DNA from: Thermofilum pendens Hrk 5
GTDB taxonomy: Archaea; Thermoproteota; Thermoprotei; Thermofilales; Thermofilaceae
NCBI RefSeq assembly: GCF_000015225.1
Contig: NC_008698.1
Coordinates: 510,001 to 542,000 of the forward strand
Length of the DNA stretch: 32,000 nucleotides
Direction: 5' to 3'
The notes below the pieces were generated by a model. That model ran no database searches, was not told the origin of the DNA, and was given only the letters and a program-made list of their open reading frames with translations. Every line of letters starts with the position of its first letter. The first letter of the stretch is position 1. The translations under genes were made by a program, and so were the position numbers. This document shows, in pieces, positions 1 to 9,541 of this stretch.

Positions 1-513
1 GTGGTGCGTTTGGACGTTCTATGGGCGCCTTGGCGAATGGCCTACATCGAGTATGCGAAGATAGAGCGGGGAGAGGGGTGCTTCATATGCAAGGCTGTTG
101 AAAGCTCCGAACTCGAAGAGAACCTGGTGGTCTACAAGGGAGAGAAGATCATCGTGATGCTAAACCGCTACCCCTACAACACGGGGCACCTCTTAGTCGC
201 TCCTACGAGGCACGTAGCAGATTTCTCGCAGTTGTCGGACGAGGAACTGTTCTCGCTCGCGAAAGCGGTCTCCCTATCGCTGGAGCTTCTGAAGAAGGCT
301 CTCTCCCCCGATGGCTTCAACGTGGGAGTAAACCTCGGCCGGGTCGCGGGAGCAGGACTAGAGTCGCACCTACACGTTCACGTAGTCCCGAGGTGGAACG
401 GAGACACGAACTTTATGCCGGTAATTGCCGATGCGAAGGTCATACCGGAGGCTTTGAAGGACACGCGGCGAAAGTTGCTGAAGCACGTCGACGTCTTCGA
501 AGGCTTACGCTAG
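1..513 (+). CDS. HIT-family (histidine triad) nucleotide hydrolase/phosphorylase
   Basis: 170-aa ORF starting at the window edge. It has the histidine triad 'HLHVHVVPRW' and an N-terminal 'LWAPWRMAYI' typical of Ap4A-phosphorylase-like HIT proteins. The true 5' end may be at or just before position 1. Confidence 0.85.
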   Translation: MVRLDVLWAPWRMAYIEYAKIERGEGCFICKAVESSELEENLVVYKGEKIIVMLNRYPYNTGHLLVAPTRHVADFSQLSDEELFSLAKAVSLSLELLKKALSPDGFNVGVNLGRVAGAGLESHLHVHVVPRWNGDTNFMPVIADAKVIPEALKDTRRKLLKHVDVFEGLR

Positions 514-533
514 GTTGTGCAAACCGGCGCGCG

Positions 534-1805
534 CTACTTCACGAATCCGTAGCCTATGAGCCTCCACTTGCCGGCTAGTTGCCTCGAAATCGCTACGCGT
601 GTGCCAGTCTCTGCGACCACGGGGATTTTTAGCTTCATGTGTGCTACGTTGTCCCTGACGCTTGTAACTGCACCTATGGAGAGCGCTGTCCCCACGTTAA
701 CCATGAGTATCTCGCCGGCTCTCACGGGTTCTACTTTCATCGGCTTGTCTAGACCTACAACCCTTTCGAGAAGGTTTACTTCGATTTCAAGGTCGTAGAG
801 TGTCGGCGGAAGTGTGCCGGGATACCCTACCACGTTGCCTATCAGGTTGTCCGCCTTAGTTACGCTGGGGTCGAGAGTTGTACCGACGGCTACGAGTCCG
901 CCGGGGTATGCTTTCTCGAGCGGCTGGTCGCCTGTCTTAAGGGAGGTTATGGTCGTGTATACCGGTTCGTAGACTTCCTGTCCGTCCTTCTTGATTTTAA
1001 TGCCGGGTCTTATCTCGATCTCGTGCCCCACTTCAAACCTTCCCTGAACGATAGTTCCGCCCAGCACTCCTCCCACGAGGTCTTTTGCGTTAGTTCCAGG
1101 CTTGTTAACATCGAAGGATCGTATCACGAACATCCTAGGGGGTTTAGAGAAGTCTCTCCTAGGCGTCGGTATGTACTCTTCGATAGCCCACACGAGGGCG
1201 TCTATGTTCGCCTTGTGTAGCGCGGATACGGGGACTATAGGCGCGTTCTCCGCCCAGGTACCCGCTATGAACTTCTTTATCTCGTTGTAGCTTTCCAAGG
1301 CTCTCTCCTTGGACACAACGTCTACCTTGTTCTGCACTATGACCAAGTTTCTGACGCCTATGATCGAGAGGGCGGTGAAGTGTTCCCTCGTCTGGGGCTG
1401 GGGGCACTCCTTGGTGGCATCCACGACGAGCAACGCTCCATCCATCAGCGCCGCCCCAGCGAGCATTATGGACATCAACATCTCGTGTCCAGGGACGTCT
1501 ATGAAGGAGACTTTCCTCACGAATTCTAGCGGAGACCCGCAGTACTTGCATTTACCGTCTTTCGGCATGGTAGCGCTAGTGTAGTAGGCTTGCGGCGGCG
1601 GGCACTTGGGACACTTATAGATAGCTGTATCGGCGTAGCCGATCTTCAGCGTGATACCCCTCTTCAACTCCTCGGAGTGCCGCGACGCCCAAACCCCCGT
1701 TAAGGCTTCGATAAGCGTGGTCTTCCCGTGGTCCACGTGACCACTAGTACCTATGTTCACAAGGGGTTGCTTCTTGAGAGCTTCTTGGAACTCGTCCTCG
1801 CTCAT
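534..1805 (-). CDS. eif2g: translation initiation factor aIF2 gamma subunit
   Basis: GTPase G1 motif 'GHVDHGKTTL', a Cys cluster 'CPKCPPP...CKYCG', and EF-Tu-like domains II/III. I chose the ATG at 1805 because GAGGT lies 5 nt upstream. The ORF also opens at a GTG at 1838, which sits about 25 nt downstream of a CTTTTATC TATA-like box, so the start is ambiguous. Confidence 0.93.
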   Translation of the reverse strand: MSEDEFQEALKKQPLVNIGTSGHVDHGKTTLIEALTGVWASRHSEELKRGITLKIGYADTAIYKCPKCPPPQAYYTSATMPKDGKCKYCGSPLEFVRKVSFIDVPGHEMLMSIMLAGAALMDGALLVVDATKECPQPQTREHFTALSIIGVRNLVIVQNKVDVVSKERALESYNEIKKFIAGTWAENAPIVPVSALHKANIDALVWAIEEYIPTPRRDFSKPPRMFVIRSFDVNKPGTNAKDLVGGVLGGTIVQGRFEVGHEIEIRPGIKIKKDGQEVYEPVYTTITSLKTGDQPLEKAYPGGLVAVGTTLDPSVTKADNLIGNVVGYPGTLPPTLYDLEIEVNLLERVVGLDKPMKVEPVRAGEILMVNVGTALSIGAVTSVRDNVAHMKLKIPVVAETGTRVAISRQLAGKWRLIGYGFVK

Positions 1806-1970
1806 ATTACCTCGCGCGCGTTTTTCGTCTACGGACACGTGTACTCTATAAGTTGTGTCGATAAAAGCCTTTGCACCACGCGCGCGTCAAGTATCAGGAG
1901 GAGGTTCCTCAGCATTTTAGCGCGCGAGGAAATGCTTAAAGCGTGCTTAGAAGTCGATGCTTGGAGGTCG

Positions 1971-3887
1971 ATGAGTAGCTTGTACAATCCTCACGAGTTC
2001 CTAGTCGACAACGTGAAGAGACAGGTGGCAGAGTTTCTAGTATCCAAGGGTTTCGCCGTGGAGCCGGCGCAGGTAGAGGTGCGAAAAGCTCCGAAGACGT
2101 TTGGCGATCTCGCAGTTCCCCTTTTCACCATCTCTAAGGTGGTGAAGGGGCTGAGCGTAGAGGAGGTGTCCACGCTTTTCGGGGGCTTTAAACCATCGGG
2201 ACTCGTGAAGTCGTCGAAAGTGGAGAACAACTTTCTGAACCTCGTGGTCGACGAGAAAAGATACGCGGAGGTAGTCTATAGTAGTGTTGTTAGGCTCGGC
2301 GATAACTACGGGTTCGTGCCGGCCGAGACGAGAGAGAGGATCATAGTAGAACATGTAAGCGCAAACCCCATACACCCACTTCACGTAGGGCACCTGAGGA
2401 ACGGAGTTCTCGGAGACTCGCTGGTAAGGCTTTTGCGCGCCAGGGGTCACGAGGTGAAGGCTCACTTCTACGTAGACGACGTGGGGTTGCAGGTTGCATA
2501 TGCGGCTAAAGCCTTCAGCATAGTGGGTGGGGAGGGTCAAGGGAAGAAGGATCACTTCGTCGGAACGCTCTACACAGCGATCAACCTCTTAATAGAGGTC
2601 AAGAAGCTAAGGGAGAAAGCTAAGAGTGCTAGCGGCGACGAGCTCGCCGAGATAAACAGCAAGGTCTCCGAGTATCTGTGGCGTCTTGGAGAGCTCTCCG
2701 AGAAGTTTCCAGGGTTGATCGAGAAGCTGTTAGAGTGGGTCGAGAAAACTGAGGACCCCGAAGCCGAGCTACGCAGGTTGAACAGGATGTACGAAGAGGG
2801 TGACCCGTCGACCGTAAAGCTTACGAGGCGCGTGCTCGATTACTGCCTTGAAGGTATAAGGGAAACCCTTGATAGGCTCGGCATATCGTTCGATAGCTGG
2901 GACTGGGAGAGCGAGCTGACCGTGTGGAGCGGCGCGACAAGCGACGTTATAGACAAGCTTAGGGGGCTCGGGCTGGTGGAGAGAAGGGACGGCGCCCTGG
3001 TGTTCAGAGCTGACCTGCTAGCGGAGTCCGAGGATGTCCGCCGCGCGGCGGGCATTCCCCCCGGGTTCACCGTTACGCCTATGACCCTTGTGAGGTCGGA
3101 CGGTACGACTCTCTACACGACTAGGGATATTGCGTACTCGATTTGGAAGCTTTCGAGAGCCGACCGCGTAATCAACGTGATCGCCGTTCAGCAGACGCTG
3201 GCCCAGGCCCAGTTGAGGCTAGCATTGTACGCGCTCGGCTACAGGGACGTGGGCAGGAGGCTTATCCACTACTCGTACGAGATGGTGAACCTGCCCGGGA
3301 CCAGGATGTCCAGCAGAAGGGGTGTCTACGTCTCTGCGGACGAGGTAATAGAGGAGGCTGTCGCCAGGGCAAAGGAGGAGATAGCAAAGAGGGGGGTAGG
3401 CGACGTAGGCGACGCGGAAAAGGTAGGTATAGGCGCACTAAAGTTCTTCTTCCTCTCACAGACTCCGGGCAAGGTGCTGACCTTCGACTGGAAACGCGTA
3501 CTGGACTTCGAGCAAAACAGCGGGCCATTCGTGCAGTACTCCTACGTGAGGGCTCTGGGGATACTCAGAAAGGCCTCGGAGGAACATATACGCCCCGACG
3601 AGCTGAACGTAGGCGACGTAGGAGAAGAGGAGCACCCATTGATACTTCTAGTTGGAGAGTTTCCCAACGTGGTGAAAGAGGCAGCCGACAACCTGAGACC
3701 AGACCTCCTAGCCTCTTACCTCAACACCCTGGCTACGGAGTTCAACCGCTACTACGACAGCTACCCCGTGCTCAGGGCGCCCACCACCTCCAAGAAGTAC
3801 TCGAGGCTTGCCGTCGTGAAAATGGTGGAGCAAACACTGAAAAACGGCATGAAACTCCTGGGAATAGAGGCGCCACAGAGGATGTGA
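1971..3887 (+). CDS. argS: arginyl-tRNA synthetase
   Basis: Class I aaRS motif 'NPIHPLHVGHLRN' and an ArgRS-type C-terminal anticodon-binding region ('FVQYSYVRA', C-terminus '...APQRM'). The start is set to the ATG at 1971, preceded by GGAGGTCG. The track ORF runs further upstream (from 1728), but that extension is antisense to the aIF2-gamma 5' end. Confidence 0.94.
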   Translation: MSSLYNPHEFLVDNVKRQVAEFLVSKGFAVEPAQVEVRKAPKTFGDLAVPLFTISKVVKGLSVEEVSTLFGGFKPSGLVKSSKVENNFLNLVVDEKRYAEVVYSSVVRLGDNYGFVPAETRERIIVEHVSANPIHPLHVGHLRNGVLGDSLVRLLRARGHEVKAHFYVDDVGLQVAYAAKAFSIVGGEGQGKKDHFVGTLYTAINLLIEVKKLREKAKSASGDELAEINSKVSEYLWRLGELSEKFPGLIEKLLEWVEKTEDPEAELRRLNRMYEEGDPSTVKLTRRVLDYCLEGIRETLDRLGISFDSWDWESELTVWSGATSDVIDKLRGLGLVERRDGALVFRADLLAESEDVRRAAGIPPGFTVTPMTLVRSDGTTLYTTRDIAYSIWKLSRADRVINVIAVQQTLAQAQLRLALYALGYRDVGRRLIHYSYEMVNLPGTRMSSRRGVYVSADEVIEEAVARAKEEIAKRGVGDVGDAEKVGIGALKFFFLSQTPGKVLTFDWKRVLDFEQNSGPFVQYSYVRALGILRKASEEHIRPDELNVGDVGEEEHPLILLVGEFPNVVKEAADNLRPDLLASYLNTLATEFNRYYDSYPVLRAPTTSKKYSRLAVVKMVEQTLKNGMKLLGIEAPQRM

Positions 3888-3991
3888 GTAGCCGGACTCT
3901 CGTGTCAGTGTGCTGAGTAAAGAGGCCGTGCGCAAAACCGTTACGCGCATAGTGGAGGAGGGGGCCGGGCGCCTTTCCCTGGTGGTTTACC

Positions 3992-5407
3992 CTATTCCTG
4001 CCTTGCCCCCAGCTTTTTAAGCGCTCTTTCTCGCGCCTTCCTTAGGCGTTCCAAGAGGCGCTCCACGCTTGGCCTTGCCGGGTGGTCAAGAGGCATTGCT
4101 TCAAGCTCTTCTTGGACAAACGCGATCAAGGTGTCGTAGACGCGCGGGTATCGGTCAGCATACTTCATTAGCGATTTTTCGCCAGCACGGTAACCCCAAT
4201 ACCTCTTACTCACCTTCACCCTTCTGACTTCTAGACCCTCGCGCCTCGCCCTCTCGGGGAAATCGCGAAGCATCTCCTCGTTATTGCGCGTGATGTATAC
4301 TTGGGCCATAAGGTAGCGGCGGTTCTTAGGGCCTGCGAGCCGCAGGTTCATTTTAACACCGCACACCTCCAGGTAGCGAGGCGCGTAGTGTCGCGGCTTC
4401 ACGGATGCCAGGCTCGCTAAGAATTCTGCCTTCTGGCAACCAGACGCAGCCATGTATTCCAGTAGTTGCGGCACTTTCTCGTAGAGAAGCCTCGCAACCC
4501 TCACCGCACCTTCGGTTCTAACTTGGCGAGATCTTTGACCGACTGCAAATTGTAACAGATGTTTACCCGTGTTGCTTGACCCTGGGTACTCACCATCTGT
4601 AACGTAGAGCAGTGCGAGCTTTAGCGCCCTGACGATGTCGACTTTTCCTTCGTTCGCCGCCTCGATCTCCGCCAAGATAATACCCTGCTTCTCCTCCTTC
4701 CTCAAAGCCCACTCCCTAGGCGCGTCGCGGACGCCGTGTACATAGATAAACCACACCATGCTGACGCGAGTCTCGTTGATTACTATGCTTCTAACGTAGA
4801 CAGTCACCTCCTTCCCCGGCCAGAAACCGGGGAAGGAGGCAACCTGCCAGCTCTGCGCCGTAGCCATATCGACTCTTCCGTGGTCTGCGATGTACGACGC
4901 ATCACCAAGGATCCAACCCGTTTGAGCTGCCACCAGCAATTCAGGCGAAAGCTCCAGGACGTCGGGAAGTCTTAGTCTAGCGATCTTAAGGAGAAGGACG
5001 ACCTCGACACTCCAGTACCCGTTAGGCTTCCTAGACACGTAGATCCGCCATTTCTCTCCTGGAAGCTTAGCCTTCCACCGTGTCTTCCCCGTTCTCTTGA
5101 TCTTGAGTTCGTCTACACGCTTCAGGGCTTCCCTCATCGCTTTCTCCGCCTCTCTGAACGCCTTCTCCTCGCCTTCCCCGAGCCTGCCAACGTATTCAAC
5201 GTAGGCCTCGCCGTATTGCGCATAGTTGCCCCTTATCTCCGCTAGCTCCTGTGCGACCTCTTCATGGGTAGCTTTGAGCCCCCTGTAGCCGCTGGGCGGA
5301 AACAGCGCCCTCCTGAGAAGCTCCTCGATCTTCCTGCGAATAAACCACTCGTCGAACTCTTCAAACCCCTCCCCCGCTCCATTTCCCCTCATGTACCTTT
5401 CAACCAT
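3992..5407 (-). CDS. hypothetical protein (471 aa), orphan-like; charged helical ends flank a core with two LAGLIDADG-like motifs
   Basis: Long uninterrupted ORF with a strong SD (GGAGGGGTGA) 3 nt before the ATG. No family motif is recognised with confidence. 'GWILGDASY' (aa ~165-172) and 'LLYVTDGEY' (aa ~266-274) lie about 100 aa apart and resemble degenerate LAGLIDADG helices. Confidence 0.7.
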   Translation of the reverse strand: MVERYMRGNGAGEGFEEFDEWFIRRKIEELLRRALFPPSGYRGLKATHEEVAQELAEIRGNYAQYGEAYVEYVGRLGEGEEKAFREAEKAMREALKRVDELKIKRTGKTRWKAKLPGEKWRIYVSRKPNGYWSVEVVLLLKIARLRLPDVLELSPELLVAAQTGWILGDASYIADHGRVDMATAQSWQVASFPGFWPGKEVTVYVRSIVINETRVSMVWFIYVHGVRDAPREWALRKEEKQGIILAEIEAANEGKVDIVRALKLALLYVTDGEYPGSSNTGKHLLQFAVGQRSRQVRTEGAVRVARLLYEKVPQLLEYMAASGCQKAEFLASLASVKPRHYAPRYLEVCGVKMNLRLAGPKNRRYLMAQVYITRNNEEMLRDFPERARREGLEVRRVKVSKRYWGYRAGEKSLMKYADRYPRVYDTLIAFVQEELEAMPLDHPARPSVERLLERLRKARERALKKLGARQE

Positions 5408-5413
5408 ATTTCA

Positions 5414-5436
5414 CCCCTCCTTAAATGGTGGAGGGG
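5414..5436 (-). promoter_or_regulatory. hairpin pairing the SD of the 471-aa gene with an upstream anti-SD
   Basis: The mRNA sense reads CCCCUCC-ACCAUUUAA-GGAGGGG-UGAAAU-AUG, a 7-bp G/C-rich stem that includes the GGAGG Shine-Dalgarno. A second perfect hairpin, GCGCCCU-GCG-AGGGCGC, sits immediately upstream at 5437-5453. Confidence 0.45.
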
Positions 5437-5934
5437 GCGCCCTGCGAGGGCGCGGCATCAGGGGTCAGCGTGGCGGGAGGGGCCGGGAAAAGAGGAGGGC
5501 GGCAAAAAAGATACTTTTTAGACTGGGTGGGGGTTTAGGGCTTTACGAATAGCTCTTTTCGCGCGCAAGTGTTGACAGGGTATGAGCGACCCAAGGGTTA
5601 TCGTGCGGAGTATCGGCGCCCTCTCGCGGCTACTGGCTAGCACTCTTAGGCGCGCGCCTCTACGAGGCGCGCCTAGTAGAGGCGTTGGACGCAATCGAAG
5701 AGTTTCTAGCCTCCGTGGGGAGCGCGACCCCGCGCATCGAGGAAGACGAAAAACTGGCGAGAGAGCTAGAGGAGGACGTCGAGGAGCTCAGGGGGCTAGG
5801 GCTAGCGTAAAAACCCTTTCTTCCTTTTTTCCTTTTTCCCTGGTTTGTAAACACGCGATACCGCGCGCGCCACAGAGGATGTAGCTCGACGCGCGCTGTA
5901 AAAAATATTTAAGCGTGCGCAAAAGCCGGTACGT

Positions 5935-6189
5935 GTGTCCAAGAAACCCTATCCTCACAACGACGATATAGTTGAAGCCATACTCGAAGTACTAGGCAAG
6001 GACTTCACTGTCTCCCCGGAAGAGTTCCCCTCGCGCGTTAAGGAGAAGCTCGAGGAGAAAGGCTTCTACGCGGGGCTTGTCTCCGAGAAGCGCGTGTGGT
6101 CTTTGTACGAGAAGCTGGTGAAGTCCGGCCGGATGCCGGACTACCTCGGGGTAGTCCCTGCCGGCGAAGAACGCTCCGGTAATGAGTAG
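5935..6189 (+). CDS. small hypothetical protein (84 aa)
   Basis: GTG-initiated ORF located 22-35 nt downstream of an A/T box (AAAAAATATTTAAG, 5900-5913), consistent with a leaderless mRNA. The composition is protein-like and no family is recognised. Confidence 0.5.
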   Translation: MSKKPYPHNDDIVEAILEVLGKDFTVSPEEFPSRVKEKLEEKGFYAGLVSEKRVWSLYEKLVKSGRMPDYLGVVPAGEERSGNE

Positions 6190-6397
6190 CACGCTCCGCG
6201 AACAAAACTTGCATGCGGCAGTCTTTTCTCTCGCGACGCGCGCGGGCTCGTAAGGCTCCTAGGCACGGCACGAATAAAAGTAGACCACCGGGGAGGCGGC
6301 GCCCGGCCCTTTTTAAGCAGTTGGAAAATGAGTAAAGCTTATTTTTTGATAGTATACAGGATTGCCGGTGTCTGTCATTGCTAGCAATAATCAAAGG

Positions 6398-9301
6398 ATG
6401 AAGTTCCCGGAAGTGAATGCTGAGAGAAGGGATTTTCTACGCAAAGTGGAAGAGAAGTGGCAGCGCAGGTGGGAAGAGAGCGGTTTATTCGAAGCGGATC
6501 CAGACCCCTCGCGCCCCAAGTTCTTCGTTACCTTTCCTTACCCCTACATAAACTCCTTCCCACACCTCGGCACAGCGTATACCGTTCTCCGCGTCGATAT
6601 ACTCGCCAGGTTTAAGAGGATGCAGGGCTTCAACGTCCTCTTCCCGCAAGGGTGGCACGCGACGGGAGGGCCCATAGTAGCCGCCGCGCTAAGAGTCAGG
6701 GAGGGCGACGAGAAGCAGATACGCATATTGAAGTCTATCGGAATCCCCGACTCGGAAATCCCGAAGTTCAGGGACCCTGAGTACTGGGTCGAGTTCTTCA
6801 GAAAGGGTTTCAAACAGGACTTTTCGAGGTACGGGCTCTCGATAGACTGGAGGAGGGAGTTTTTCACCACGTACCTAAATCCCCCCTACAGCAAGTTCAT
6901 ACAGTGGCAGTACACAGTCCTGAGAGAGAAGGGTCTGATAACCAGAGGGTCTCACCCGGTTGTGTGGTGCCCGAAAGAGCATAAAGTGGTCGGAGACCAC
7001 GATAGGCCGGACGAGTACGCTGGCATAGGACCGGAAAGAGTCGTGATTATAAAGTTTAAGGGAGAGGACGGCCTCGTCTACCCCTGTCTCACCTATAGAC
7101 CCGAGACGGTTTACGGGGCTGTAAACATCTGGGTGAACCCGGAGTCCAAGTACCTGGTAGCAGAGGTGGACGGTGAGAAATGGGTTATAGGGGAGTACGG
7201 CGCCAGGGAGCTCGCCGACCAGGATCACTCCGTGAAGATAGTGGGAGAGGTAAAGGGCTCCGAGCTCGTGGGTAGGTTTGCGAGGAACCCCGTTACCGGC
7301 TGGAGGATCCCAGTTCTGCCCGCGTACTTCGTCCAGGCGGACGCAGGTACAGGTATAGTGATGTCGGTCCCAGCGCATGCCCCCTACGACTTCGCGGGCC
7401 TGGAGGACCTAAAGAAGGATCCCTACCTCCTAGAGAAGTTTGGCCTGGACCCCGCTATCTTAGACGCTGTTAGACCAGTAAAGCTGATAGACGTCGAGGA
7501 ATACGGCGGGCTACCCGCGGAGGAGGTGGTTAGACGCCTTGGCGTGACGTCGCAGTTTGACCGTGAAAAGCTCGAGGAGGCGACGAAGGAGGTTTACTCG
7601 AAGGAATTTTACAAGGGAGTCCTAAAGCCCGAGGTATTCGGGGAGCGCTGGGGCGGCAGGAAAGTCTTCGAGGTAAAGGAGGACGTCGTGGAGAACCTTG
7701 TGAGCAGAGGCATCGCGCTGAGACACTACACTCTGCCGAGCCCCGTGTACTGCCGTTGCGGGGCTAGGACGCACGTAAAGCTGGTCAAAGACCAGTGGTT
7801 CCTCAGGTACAGCGACCCGGAGTGGAAGAGGAGGGCCCACGAGTGTATTGACAGGATGAGGTTCGTGCCGGAGGAAGTTAGGCAGGAGTTCCACAGGCTC
7901 GTTGACTGGTACGAGGACTGGGCCTGCACGCATGAAAGAGAGCTCGGGACACCGCTCCCGTGGGACGAGAGGTGGGTCCTGGAGTCACTCAGCGATTCGA
8001 CCATATACATGGCCTACTACACGCTGGCGAAGTACTTACAGCACCCGGAGAAGTACGGCATAGACTGGTCCAAGCTGAACAACGAGTTCTTCGACTACGT
8101 CCTCCTGGGAAAGGGGGATCCCGGTAGCGTCGCCGAGAGGACGGGGATTCCCAAGGAGTTGCTCGAAGAGATGAGGAAGGAGTTCCTCTACTGGTACCCT
8201 GTCGATATGAGGGTTTCCGGGAAGGACCTGATCGGGAACCACCTCGTATTCTTCATAATGCACCACGTGGCGATATTCCCGGAAGAACACTGGCCGAGAG
8301 GTATAGGCGTCAACGGCTGGGTCCTGGTTGCCGGGAAGAAGATGTCCAAGTCCGCCGGGAACTTCATACTTCTACGCGAGGCCCTGGAGTACTGGGGCGC
8401 GGATGCTACGCGTTTCGCCGAGGCCTACGCGGGTAACTCGGGGCTCGACGACGGAAACTTTGAGCCCGAGGTTGCGAGTAAGGCTGTAGACCTGCTGTAC
8501 GAGTGGTACGAATTCGCAGTGAACAATTACGGCAAGGGAGATGAAAACAGAAGATTCGTGGACGACTGGTTTGAAAGCGTTCTCTACAGAACCCTGGAAA
8601 AGGTGACTAAAGAGTACGAAGAGCTTAACACGAAAAACGTGCTCGTAGAGGGCTTCTTCAATCTCCAGAACGCGTATAGGTGGTACGTAAAGAGGCGGGG
8701 CGGCACAGCGAATAAAGAGGTGCTTAAGAAGTTCGTAGAGATACAAACCCTCATCCTTGCCCCCATAACACCCCACATAGCCGAGGAGATATGGGAGGCA
8801 ACAGGGCACAAAGAATTCATATCAAGGACGAGCTGGCCCGCAGTCGATAAGAGCAAGATCAAGGACGAGGTGGAAAAAGCCGAGTCCATAGTCGTCAAGC
8901 TATACGAGGATATTCAGGAGGTCCTGAAACTGAAGAAGAGCGGCGTAGAAAGGATAACAATAGTCGCGCCGTCCAAGTGGAAGTACGGCTTCCTCGAAGG
9001 AGTCAAGCGGAGATACTCGACCTACGGGAAGCTTTCTCAGGCTATAAGCGAGACAATAAAGGAAGTCGAGCCCAGCCTTAAACCCGCCGCTGGACAGCTA
9101 GCATCGCTTATCCAGAAGAACCCAGAGGTCCTAGACCTTCTAGTAAGCCCCGAAGCGGAGCAGAAAGCACTCTCCGACGCGCTCGAATTCCTTAAAGACT
9201 CTCTAGGAGTCCCCGTAGAACTTGTAGCGGAGGAAGAGCTAAGGGAAAACCCGAGAGCCAGAACAACCCTCCCAGGTAGACCCTCGATCATTCTTTCGTA
9301 G
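6398..9301 (+). CDS. leuS: leucyl-tRNA synthetase
   Basis: Class I motifs 'FPHLGTAYT' (HIGH-like) and 'KMSKS', plus a CP1 editing-domain-sized insertion. Length is typical of archaeal LeuRS. The start is set to the ATG at 6398 ('MKFPEVNAERRDF...'); the track ORF begins 12 codons earlier at a TTG. Confidence 0.95.
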   Translation: MKFPEVNAERRDFLRKVEEKWQRRWEESGLFEADPDPSRPKFFVTFPYPYINSFPHLGTAYTVLRVDILARFKRMQGFNVLFPQGWHATGGPIVAAALRVREGDEKQIRILKSIGIPDSEIPKFRDPEYWVEFFRKGFKQDFSRYGLSIDWRREFFTTYLNPPYSKFIQWQYTVLREKGLITRGSHPVVWCPKEHKVVGDHDRPDEYAGIGPERVVIIKFKGEDGLVYPCLTYRPETVYGAVNIWVNPESKYLVAEVDGEKWVIGEYGARELADQDHSVKIVGEVKGSELVGRFARNPVTGWRIPVLPAYFVQADAGTGIVMSVPAHAPYDFAGLEDLKKDPYLLEKFGLDPAILDAVRPVKLIDVEEYGGLPAEEVVRRLGVTSQFDREKLEEATKEVYSKEFYKGVLKPEVFGERWGGRKVFEVKEDVVENLVSRGIALRHYTLPSPVYCRCGARTHVKLVKDQWFLRYSDPEWKRRAHECIDRMRFVPEEVRQEFHRLVDWYEDWACTHERELGTPLPWDERWVLESLSDSTIYMAYYTLAKYLQHPEKYGIDWSKLNNEFFDYVLLGKGDPGSVAERTGIPKELLEEMRKEFLYWYPVDMRVSGKDLIGNHLVFFIMHHVAIFPEEHWPRGIGVNGWVLVAGKKMSKSAGNFILLREALEYWGADATRFAEAYAGNSGLDDGNFEPEVASKAVDLLYEWYEFAVNNYGKGDENRRFVDDWFESVLYRTLEKVTKEYEELNTKNVLVEGFFNLQNAYRWYVKRRGGTANKEVLKKFVEIQTLILAPITPHIAEEIWEATGHKEFISRTSWPAVDKSKIKDEVEKAESIVVKLYEDIQEVLKLKKSGVERITIVAPSKWKYGFLEGVKRRYSTYGKLSQAISETIKEVEPSLKPAAGQLASLIQKNPEVLDLLVSPEAEQKALSDALEFLKDSLGVPVELVAEEELRENPRARTTLPGRPSIILS

Positions 9302-9541
9302 TTCGGCGTGCGGTAAACCTTAATTCTTGGCAATTTGAAGAATAAATGGCGGATGAGTGAAGCGTTGACTGCTGACGCGGTGACGAGAAGGAGGTGAACA
9401 CGACGCCCTGATCTTCTACGCGCTGGGAAACATGGGGCTAAGCACGTTTCCTGGAAGGTTACGCAGCGCGCTTGTTGCGCGCGAGAGCATGCACCCGATA
9501 AGTTTTTAGGCTGATCGTTTGGGTTTCGCTTTTGAGGCGGT

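Noticed and set aside
3143-3916. 257-aa plus-strand ORF rich in Arg/Gly
   Set aside because: It is an alternative frame inside argS. The low-complexity RRRRR/GGR translation is an out-of-frame artefact.
9352-9421. Possible C/D-box sRNA (GAUGAGUGA ... CUGA ... UGACGA ... CUGA)
   Set aside because: The C box is imperfect. The C'-to-D spacing is ~31 nt instead of ~12. There is no terminal stem. The box spacing does not fit the archaeal C/D architecture.
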